A program made the translations under genes and the position numbers. Of a stretch of 64,000 nt of DNA, positions 56,884 through 64,000 are shown piece by piece. The stretch is from Alphaproteobacteria bacterium (lineage in GTDB: Bacteria > Pseudomonadota > Alphaproteobacteria > UBA828), in NCBI GenBank assembly GCA_965220745.1, contig CBDCQT010000006.1, forward strand, positions 64,001 through 128,000. Reading direction: 5' to 3'. The notes beneath the pieces are model-generated. The model did not search any database and was not told where the DNA came from. It worked only from the letters and a program-made list of their open reading frames with translations. Positions within the stretch are counted from its first letter, which is position 1; the number at the start of each line of letters is the position of its first letter.

Positions 56884-57692
56884 GGCCGTGCGGACAGCGA
56901 GTTGGAGAAGAGCCACTGCAGCATCTCGGGCTCTGTGTCGCAGCGGTCGCTGCTGCACTTGGTGCTGCCGTTGTCGCCGCCGGAGACCATCTTTCCTCCC
57001 ACGCTATGGGCATCCCCGACCCAGGTTGTCAGCTTGAAGTTGCCGCCGAGCTGCGTCATCGTGGCGAACAGCTTCTCCGCGCGTTCGTACGGGGCAACGG
57101 TGTCACCGTCCCCGTGAAACGCCCAGATCGGCACGTCCTTAATCAGGGACGCGTCGATGAATTCGTCGTGCTCACCGCGGCCTGTCCCCGCCGAAGGTGA
57201 CGCCGCGGCGAAGTAGGCGGGATCGAGCTGCAGCAGGATAAACGATCCGTGCCCGCCCATCGAATGCCCCAGCAGGTAGATCCTGTCTAGATCGGCAGCA
57301 GGCAGCGAGGCGACGATCGCCTTGATCTTCTCCAGGTGCGCGGCATCCCAGATTCGCGTTGACTGCGGTGCAAGCACATAGCTCGGGTATTGCTTCCGCC
57401 TTGCCTCGTCGGCTAGGAGCCCGGTCCAGGCCCGCAGCTGTCTGCGGTTGTCCGTGCCCCTGCCGGCGCCGCCGTGCAACGACACGATGACCGGATAGAG
57501 CTTGCCGTCGTCGACCGTGAGTGGCCGCATGAGGCGGTACGGCATCTCCTCGTCAGCGTGAGGCTCGTAATTGTCGATCCAAGCCGCCGCGCCCGCGTCC
57601 TCCGGTGCCTGCGCGCTCGCTAGCGAGGCGCTCGCTGCGAGAAAGGCGGCTGCCGCAGCCGAGAAGATTCGGATCAGAATCTGATTGTGCAT
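56880..57692 (-). CDS. Secreted alpha/beta hydrolase (predicted peptidase/esterase)
   Basis: Signal peptide, YPVIVSLHG, VLAPQ, RIYLLGHSMGG, PIWAFHGDGD, C-terminal His. Confidence 0.9.
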   Translation of the reverse strand: MHNQILIRIFSAAAAAFLAASASLASAQAPEDAGAAAWIDNYEPHADEEMPYRLMRPLTVDDGKLYPVIVSLHGGAGRGTDNRRQLRAWTGLLADEARRKQYPSYVLAPQSTRIWDAAHLEKIKAIVASLPAADLDRIYLLGHSMGGHGSFILLQLDPAYFAAASPSAGTGRGEHDEFIDASLIKDVPIWAFHGDGDTVAPYERAEKLFATMTQLGGNFKLTTWVGDAHSVGGKMVSGGDNGSTKCSSDRCDTEPEMLQWLFSNSLSARP

Positions 57693-57861
57693 GTGGGGCT
57701 CCTAGACGCGCTTGGCCCAATCATACGCTTGGTCGGGGCCTTTGACCTCTACATATATGGCGGGCGGCCGCGGTGACTGTGGGCGCTGCCGGCAAGTCCG
57801 GCGGGCGTTTCCGCTGCGCGGCTGCACCGGCCGACCATGCCGGATCGGCCCCGTCCCGGGC

Positions 57862-59310
57862 CTACCCTTCGAATCCCCCGGCCTGCTCGAATGCGTGGCC
57901 GAGGTTCAGCATCGTCTGCTCTTGGAAGTGGTTGGTCAGGATCTGCATGCCGACCGGCAGCCCTTCCCGGGTCGTGCCGCAAGGCACGCTCATCCCGGCG
58001 ATGCCTGCCAAGCTGCCCGTGATGGTATAGATGTCCGACAGGTACATTTGCAGCGGGTCGCTGGCCTTCTCGCCGAGCTTGAACGCGGGAAACGGTGAGA
58101 CCGGCGTGATGATCGCGTCGACTGTCTCGAACGCTTCCGCAAAATCCCGCGCGATCAGCGCGCGAACTTCCTGCGCCTTGCGGTAGTAGGCGTCGTAGTA
58201 GCCGGAACTGAGCACGTACGTGCCGAGAATGATCCGGCGCGTCACCTCCGGGCCAAAGCCCTCGGCCCGGGAGTTGCGGTACATCTCGCGCAGCGTGCCG
58301 GAGCCCTCCGAACGGCGCGAGTACCGCACGCCGTCGTACCGCGCCAGGTTGGAACTCGCCTCGGCCGTGCAAATCAGGTAATAGCTCGCGATCGCGTACC
58401 GAGTGTGGGGCAGGCTGATCTCTACGGGCTCGCAGCCCAGGCCTCGCAGCAGGTCCACGCCAGCCTGCACCTTGGTCCCCACCGCGTGCTCTAGGCCTTC
58501 GCCGTAGTACTCCTTCGGAATGCCGATCTTCAGCCCCCGCACCTGCGTGTTCAGTTCGCCCGCGTAATCAGGCACCGGCGCGCTGGCTGCCGTCGAATCC
58601 AAGGGGTCCGGGCCGGCAATGGTCCCCAGCAGCAGGGCCGAGTCCTTGACGGTCCGGGAAAACGGGCCGATGTGGTCCAGCGAGCTTGCGAACGCCACCA
58701 AGCCATAGCGCGACACGCGGCCGTAGGTGGGCATGATGCCCACGGCTCCGCAGAACGATGCCGGCTGGCGGATCGAGCCGCCGGTGTCGGAGCCGAGCGA
58801 GATCGGCGCGTAGCCGCCCGCGACAGCGGCCGCCGACCCGCCGCTCGAACCGCCCGGAACCCGATCCGGCGCAGCCGGATTGCGCACGGGGAAGAATGCC
58901 GAGTTCTCATTCGACGAGCCCATTGCGAATTCGTCGCAGTTTGTCTTGCCGACGATCACGGCCCCGGCTCGCTCGACCCGTTCGATGGCCGTGGCGTCGT
59001 AGGGCGCCACAAATCGCTCCAGCGCGCGCGACGCACAGGTGGTCTTCTCGCCCCGGGTCATGATCACGTCCTTGACCGCCAGCGGCACGCCGGCCAGGGG
59101 ACCGATCTCCGCTCCGGCGGAAAGCTCGGCGTCGACCCTGTCAGCGGCTGCCAGGGCACGCTCCGGGGTGAAGCTGAGGTACACGCCCGAGGCCCGGTTC
59201 TCGGCTTCGGCCACGCGCAGGGCCTCTCGCGCCAGCTCGCGCGCGCTGAAGCGCTTGGCCCGCAGCCCGGCCCCGATCGAGTCGACGGTCAGTTGCTTGA
59301 AGTCGTCCAT
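57862..59310 (-). CDS. gatA: Asp/Glu-tRNA amidotransferase subunit A
   Basis: PLAGVPLAVKD, GKTNCDEFAMGSS, PGGSSGGSAAAVA, GSDTGGSIRQPA, SSNLARYDGVRY, GYYDAYY. ATG at 59310. Confidence 0.97.
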   Translation of the reverse strand: MDDFKQLTVDSIGAGLRAKRFSARELAREALRVAEAENRASGVYLSFTPERALAAADRVDAELSAGAEIGPLAGVPLAVKDVIMTRGEKTTCASRALERFVAPYDATAIERVERAGAVIVGKTNCDEFAMGSSNENSAFFPVRNPAAPDRVPGGSSGGSAAAVAGGYAPISLGSDTGGSIRQPASFCGAVGIMPTYGRVSRYGLVAFASSLDHIGPFSRTVKDSALLLGTIAGPDPLDSTAASAPVPDYAGELNTQVRGLKIGIPKEYYGEGLEHAVGTKVQAGVDLLRGLGCEPVEISLPHTRYAIASYYLICTAEASSNLARYDGVRYSRRSEGSGTLREMYRNSRAEGFGPEVTRRIILGTYVLSSGYYDAYYRKAQEVRALIARDFAEAFETVDAIITPVSPFPAFKLGEKASDPLQMYLSDIYTITGSLAGIAGMSVPCGTTREGLPVGMQILTNHFQEQTMLNLGHAFEQAGGFEG

Positions 59311-59318
59311 CTCGTCCC

Positions 59319-59615
59319 TCAGCGCTCGATCACGCGCGGCACCTTGAAGTGGCCCTCGCCCGGCAGGGGCGCGCACCGCAGGGCGGTCTGTTGGTCAAAG
59401 CTCCGGCCTTGCTCGTCCGTCCGCAGTTGCGCGGCGTTGCCCTCGTGCAGGACTTGGGCCATCGGCTCGACTCCGCTGGTGTCCAGCTCGTTGAGCTGGT
59501 CGACGTACGAGAGGATCTCTTCGAGGTCCCGGGTGTAGCGCTCGATGTCGGCCCCGCTGAGGCGCAGGTTGGCCAGCGCGGCGATGTGTTGGACTTCTTC
59601 CGGTGTGATCTTCAT
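59319..59615 (-). CDS. gatC: Asp/Glu-tRNA amidotransferase subunit C
   Basis: ITPEEVQHIAALANL...LNELDTSGVEP...FKVPRVIE; directly upstream of gatA. Confidence 0.96.
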   Translation of the reverse strand: MKITPEEVQHIAALANLRLSGADIERYTRDLEEILSYVDQLNELDTSGVEPMAQVLHEGNAAQLRTDEQGRSFDQQTALRCAPLPGEGHFKVPRVIER

Positions 59616-59974
59616 GACTTGCGTCGGCGCCCCGCTGTGCCCTTCGGCGGACGCCGGGAGATTGGCTTGCGCGGGCGCGCGGGCTCTTCGGGCGCCTCCA
59701 GCTGGAACTCGATCCGGGTCACTGCCCTGGATCCCGTTTCCTGCTGGAGCAGCGAAACGATCTGCCGCTGCATCGGTCCGAACTCTTCCAGCCAGGCCGC
59801 GTCCGAGACCTGCACGAACAGGGTGGGGGGCCGCACTCGGACCGGCTCGGAGTGGCTCGCCAGCAGCGGGCCGACCGCCTCGGGCCAGTAGGCCCTGATC
59901 AAGTCCAGCTGCCAGCGGACGGTGTCGGGCGTGCCTTGGAACAATCGGGGAAGGATGCTCTTGGCCTGCTCCAT
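59612..59974 (-). CDS. DUF721 / DciA-like protein
   Basis: WPEAVGPLLASHSEP....LFVQVSDAAW; overlaps the gatC start. Confidence 0.85.
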   Translation of the reverse strand: MEQAKSILPRLFQGTPDTVRWQLDLIRAYWPEAVGPLLASHSEPVRVRPPTLFVQVSDAAWLEEFGPMQRQIVSLLQQETGSRAVTRIEFQLEAPEEPARPRKPISRRPPKGTAGRRRKS

Positions 59975-59997
59975 CCGCGCCTGCTAGGCCATTCTAT

Positions 59998-60179
59998 GGG
60001 AATTATGTACGAAAGTGGCGAAACACCATCGCACACGGTTCTGGCACAACGCACGGCGCAACCGCCCGCGTTAGCGTGCCGCCGGGAACGGTCTTCACCG
60101 CATTTCCCGCCCGACATTCACCGTTTGGCTTCATGACTACAGGATAACATCCCTAGCGCCACTTTCGTACATGATTCCG
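59998..60179. mobile_element. 182-bp MITE with 23-bp TIRs and an 8-bp target duplication (IS1595-like)
   Basis: GGGAATTATGTACGAAAGTGGCG vs the right-end reverse complement CGGAATCATGTACGAAAGTGGCG (21/23). Flanks CATTCTAT (59990-59997) and CACTCTAT (60180-60187). Confidence 0.78.
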
Positions 60180-60310
60180 CACTCTATCGCAGCCTTTGCC
60201 GCGCCGCCTCGAAGGCCGCGGGGCGCGGAGCGGATTCTGCGCGCCGGGCGACTTCCGTATAATGAAAGGGCCAGCCGGGCGAAACCATCGGTTTTGCTTG
60301 GCCGTTCGCC

Positions 60311-60670
60311 ATGAAACTGCATTCTTGGAGTCAGGTTGCGTCGGAGGATCTCAGCGCGACGGTCGCGCGGCGCGTTATCCACAGCGAGCGCATGACCACC
60401 GCGCGGATCCGTTTGAAGAAAGGTGCCGTGGTGCCGCGTCACAGCCACGAGAACGAGCAGATCAGCCATGTCCTCGAGGGATCGGTGCTGTTCCAGTTCG
60501 ACGATCGCGAGATCACTGCCAGGGCCGGAGACTTGGTGGAGATCGCTTCTCACGAGCCTCACCGCGTGGAGGCCCTCGAGGACTCGCTGGCGATGGATGT
60601 CTTCCAGCCCGTGCGGCAGGACTGGATCCAAGGCGACGATGGCTACCTCAGGAATCCCTCAGGTTCCTGA
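60311..60670 (+). CDS. Cupin-domain protein
   Basis: GAVVPRHSHENEQ...G.....IASHEPH.V.ALED...DVFQPVRQDW. Confidence 0.93.
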   Translation: MKLHSWSQVASEDLSATVARRVIHSERMTTARIRLKKGAVVPRHSHENEQISHVLEGSVLFQFDDREITARAGDLVEIASHEPHRVEALEDSLAMDVFQPVRQDWIQGDDGYLRNPSGS

Positions 60671-60762
60671 TCGCGTAATTCAGTAAGGACTGCGGAAACT
60701 CAGCGCCCCTGCCGCCTCAGTCGCGGCCGCATAGATCGCGCGGCGATTGCAACAACGAAGCT

Positions 60763-61551
60763 ATGGACTTGGGAATTCAGGATCGGGTGGCGATCGTCAC
60801 CGCCGCCAGCCGCGGCATGGGCAAGGCGATCGCGGAAGCGCTGGCGGCCGAGGGCTGCAAGTTGGCCATCTGCTCGCGCGATTCGAGCGCCATCGCCGCA
60901 GCCGCCGAGGAGATTCGCGGCGGGCACGGGACGGCGGTCTTCCACAAGGCCGTAGACGTGAGCGACATCGATGCCCTGCGGGCCTTCGTGGCAGAGGCGC
61001 GCGCAGCCCTGGGGCCGGTCAGCATTGCCGTCGCCAATGCCGGCGGCCCGCCCGGCGGCCGCTTCGAGAATTTCGGCGCCGAGGACTGGCAGGCCGCTTT
61101 CCGCCTCAATTTCCTGAGCACCTGGGCCCTGATCGAGTCCGTCCTGCCCGACATGCGGGCCCAGCGCTGGGGACGCGTGGTCTCGCTGACCTCGACGTCG
61201 GTGCGGCAGCCGATCGAGGGCTTGATCCTGTCCAACGGAGTGCGCGCCAGCGTGGTCGGCATGCTCAAGACACTTGCCGCTGAATACGGGCCGGAGAACA
61301 TCCTCTTCAACAACGCCGGTCCCGGATTGATCGCGACCGACCGCCTGCTCAGCATCGCGCAGCGGCGGGCTGACGCCGCCGGGATCGGCCGGGACGAGAT
61401 GATCGAGCGGCTCGCCAGCCAGACGGCGCTGCGCAGGGTCGGCCAGCCGCAAGAGTTCGCCGCCGCGGTGGCGTTCCTGTGCTCCGAGCGGGCGAGCTAC
61501 GTCACGGGCTCGTCCTTGATGATCGATGGCGGCTTGGTGAAGGCAGTCTGA
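60763..61551 (+). CDS. SDR-family oxidoreductase
   Basis: VTAASRGMGKA, VANAGGP, LILSNGVR, PGLIATDR, ASYVTGSSLMIDGG. Confidence 0.95.
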   Translation: MDLGIQDRVAIVTAASRGMGKAIAEALAAEGCKLAICSRDSSAIAAAAEEIRGGHGTAVFHKAVDVSDIDALRAFVAEARAALGPVSIAVANAGGPPGGRFENFGAEDWQAAFRLNFLSTWALIESVLPDMRAQRWGRVVSLTSTSVRQPIEGLILSNGVRASVVGMLKTLAAEYGPENILFNNAGPGLIATDRLLSIAQRRADAAGIGRDEMIERLASQTALRRVGQPQEFAAAVAFLCSERASYVTGSSLMIDGGLVKAV

Positions 61552-61562
61552 AACGGGGCGGG

Positions 61563-64000
61563 ATGAGCGTGGAGCGATTCAAGGTGCGGGTCTTGGCTGC
61601 GCTGGCGGGCGCCCTGGCGCTGGCACTGGCTTTGGCGCCGGGTCAGGTTCCGGTCCAGATCAGCGCCAGCGGGCCGCAGTGGGTGAACAACCACGGCGCG
61701 CGGCTGATCATCGGCCAGAAGAGCTTCACCCGCCAGGATCCGATCTCCAGCCGCGAGGTGCTTGGGGCGGCGCAAGGCGTCGCGTACGTGGGCAACCGGC
61801 TCTTCGTGGCCGATGGCAACCGGCTCGGCGCGCGCCCGGTCAACAACCGCATCCTGATCTACAACAACGTCGACGGCTTCGTGCCGGAGCCCGACCTGCT
61901 GCTGCCCCAAGACTCGCTCTGCCCGGCTTGCGTCGGGCTCCCGGACATCGTGCTGGGGCAGCCCGACTTCGACACCACCGCGTCTTCGGACTTGCCCGAC
62001 GTGGCCGGCCTCAACAATCCATCCGCCGTGCACAGCGACGGAGTCGTCTTGGCGGTCGCCGACACCAACAACAACCGCGTCCTGCTGTGGAACCCGATCC
62101 CGGCTGTCAATGGCGCGCCTCCGGACGTCGTGCTCGGCCAGTCCGATTTCAGCGGTTTCTCTCCAGAGACCTCGGCCACCGGCATGCGCGGGCCGCAGGG
62201 CGTTTGGCTCGATGGCGGCCGCCTGTTCGTGGCCGACACCCAAAACAGCCGGATCCTGATCTGGAACACGATCCCGACCTCGAACGGCCAGGCGCCGGAC
62301 CTCGTCCTGGGCCAGCCCGACCTGGACACGCGGCACGAGGCGGACCTGACCCAGGGCGTCTACGATCCGGACGACAAGCACCTGCTCGACCCGGTCAGCG
62401 TGACAGTCTCGCAGGGGCGCCTGTTCGTCGCCGATCTGGGCTTCAACCGGATCATGATCTATCACGCGGTGCCGACGCAGAGCTTTGCCAGCGCGGACGT
62501 GGTGATCGGGCAGCCCGACTTCGCCTCCAGCGAGCCCAACAACGCCGCTGCGCTCTGCGATCCGATCGGGCCGCTCGACGACGACGGAAGTCGCAGCGAG
62601 AACGAGACCCCCCCGACCAACGTACCGCTGGTGATCCCGCTGCCTCCCCAGCGCCCGGAGCTGGATCCCGACGAGGTGCGCTACCCGCGCCGGTGCGCCG
62701 GGACGCTGAACTTCCCGCGCTTCGCGCTGGTCGTGGACGAGCGTCTGTTCGTGGCCGACGCGGGCAACGACCGCATCTTGGTCTACAACCAGATCCCGAC
62801 TGCGCACGGCGCCAAGGCCGACTTGGTGATCGGCCAGCCGAACTTCGTGCAGCTCACCGAGTCCGAGGGGCCGGGGAGCATCCGCTCGCCGGCGGCCATG
62901 GCCTATGACGGCCAGAATCTTTTCGTCGCCGATCCCTTCACGCGCCGCGTCTTGGTCTTCACGCCGGGCGGGGACATGATCGATCTCAACGGTGTTCGCA
63001 ACTCCGCGGCCGTCAGCATCCGCAGCCGCGGGCACCTGGAGTTCGACCAGAACCTGCCGGTGGACATTTCCGACACGCCCGAGGACGAATCCCGGCAGGC
63101 GCCCGTGCTGCCAGGCGGCGAGGAGATCAAGATCACCCTGGACGGCTCGGAGCTTTTCTATACGACTGTCGAAGGCGAGACGGCCGAGAATGTCCGCGAC
63201 AAGGTCGTGAGCATGATCAACGCCGACCCGAACCTGGCGGTGACGGCAGCGCCCGGGCTGGGCGTCGGACGCCATGCCACGGGCGAGATCCGCTTCGGGG
63301 GCGAGGCGCGCGCTGGCGACGAGGTGACGCTGGACATCAACGGTCGCAAGTACTCCTACGTCGTGCCCGAGGGCGACATCCCGGAGCGATTCGTCGACCG
63401 GCTGAATTTCTTGGTGGATAACGCGGACGACCCCGAGGTGATCGTCGAGCGTCGGATCGACCAGATCGAGACGCTCGAGATCGTCCATCGGGAGGTGGGC
63501 CCGATCGGCAACAGCCTGCCGTTCTCGATCAGCATCACTCCCGGCTCGCCCACGACGGCCGAGGTGACCGGTCCCACGCTTTCTCGCGGCACGGTCAGCT
63601 ATCGTGCAAGCCTGCGCGCCAAGCGCGAGGGTCCGACCGGCAACTGGATCAGCGTGGAGGTGCGCAACGCCGGCAGCGAGCTGCAGACCAGCACCTCGGG
63701 GTCCCGGCTGACCGGCGGATCGGACGCCCGGGACATGCCGCCCGGGACGATTGCGTCGATCTTCGGAAGAGACTTGGCGAGCGAGACCGCCAGCGTCTGG
63801 GAGCGCACCTCGCTGCCAGCCCGGCCCGAAGAGGGCCTTCCGACCGATCTCGCAGGCGTGCAGGTACTCGCCAACGGCCGCCTGGCGCCGCTGCTGATGG
63901 TCTCGCCGACGCAGATCAATTTCCAGATTCCGTGGGAACTCGAGGGCACGGGCCACAGCTTCTACGTGCGGCGCGCCATGCCCGACGGCAGCGTGCGCGT
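61563..64000 (+). CDS. Secreted NHL-repeat protein with TIGR03437-like C-terminal domain (3'-partial; absent from the ORF track because it runs off the window)
   Basis: Signal peptide MSVERFKVRVLAALAGALALALALA; repeats of LFVAD.NNRILI(W/Y)N..P......D.V(L/I)GQPDF; later PGTIASIFG...LPTDLAGVQVLANGRLAPLLMVSPTQINFQIPWE. Confidence 0.92.
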   Translation, partial: MSVERFKVRVLAALAGALALALALAPGQVPVQISASGPQWVNNHGARLIIGQKSFTRQDPISSREVLGAAQGVAYVGNRLFVADGNRLGARPVNNRILIYNNVDGFVPEPDLLLPQDSLCPACVGLPDIVLGQPDFDTTASSDLPDVAGLNNPSAVHSDGVVLAVADTNNNRVLLWNPIPAVNGAPPDVVLGQSDFSGFSPETSATGMRGPQGVWLDGGRLFVADTQNSRILIWNTIPTSNGQAPDLVLGQPDLDTRHEADLTQGVYDPDDKHLLDPVSVTVSQGRLFVADLGFNRIMIYHAVPTQSFASADVVIGQPDFASSEPNNAAALCDPIGPLDDDGSRSENETPPTNVPLVIPLPPQRPELDPDEVRYPRRCAGTLNFPRFALVVDERLFVADAGNDRILVYNQIPTAHGAKADLVIGQPNFVQLTESEGPGSIRSPAAMAYDGQNLFVADPFTRRVLVFTPGGDMIDLNGVRNSAAVSIRSRGHLEFDQNLPVDISDTPEDESRQAPVLPGGEEIKITLDGSELFYTTVEGETAENVRDKVVSMINADPNLAVTAAPGLGVGRHATGEIRFGGEARAGDEVTLDINGRKYSYVVPEGDIPERFVDRLNFLVDNADDPEVIVERRIDQIETLEIVHREVGPIGNSLPFSISITPGSPTTAEVTGPTLSRGTVSYRASLRAKREGPTGNWISVEVRNAGSELQTSTSGSRLTGGSDARDMPPGTIASIFGRDLASETASVWERTSLPARPEEGLPTDLAGVQVLANGRLAPLLMVSPTQINFQIPWELEGTGHSFYVRRAMPDGSVR

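Noticed and set aside
57862-59615. Absence of gatB next to gatCA
   Set aside because: Split gat operons are common; gatB is probably elsewhere in the genome.
60769-60781. 13-nt match TTGGGAATTCAGG to the IS right TIR
   Set aside because: Lies in codons 3-7 of an intact SDR (MDLGIQD), with no CTAG or partner end; chance match.

Overview
GC-rich bacterial window. The gene content (Oar-like TonB receptor, NHL/TIGR03437-type surface protein, gatCA without gatB) suggests Acidobacteriota, and the Sup-type PKS suggests a marine sponge symbiont; both are inferences. 1-17.7 kb: 3' part of a giant multimodular type I PKS (KR-ACP | KS-AT-DH-cMT-ER-KR-ACP | KS-AT-DH0-KR-ACP | KS0-AT0) plus an alpha/beta-hydrolase. 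17.7-21.3 kb: mobile-element debris (IS1634 and IS66 fragments, an orphan IS ORF, a tRNA-like relic, small membrane-protein genes). 21.4-24.9 kb: an MscS-family gene split in phase 0 by a complete group II intron. 25.5-30.7 kb: an exonuclease-RecQ-UvrD fusion. 33.9-38.3 kb, the most unusual element: three head-to-tail cassettes, each carrying one Uma2 (PD-(D/E)XK) nuclease gene with conserved non-coding ends, joined at CTAGCG and located at the TAG stop codon of a TPP-enzyme gene, with no transposase. The rest contains a sulfatase, a TonB receptor, an intact CTAG-targeting IS, a TetR-RND efflux operon, rsmI, DUF721-gatC-gatA with an IS1595-like MITE at its putative -10 box, a cupin, an SDR and a 3'-truncated NHL-repeat protein. 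All calls were read by eye; no database searches were run.
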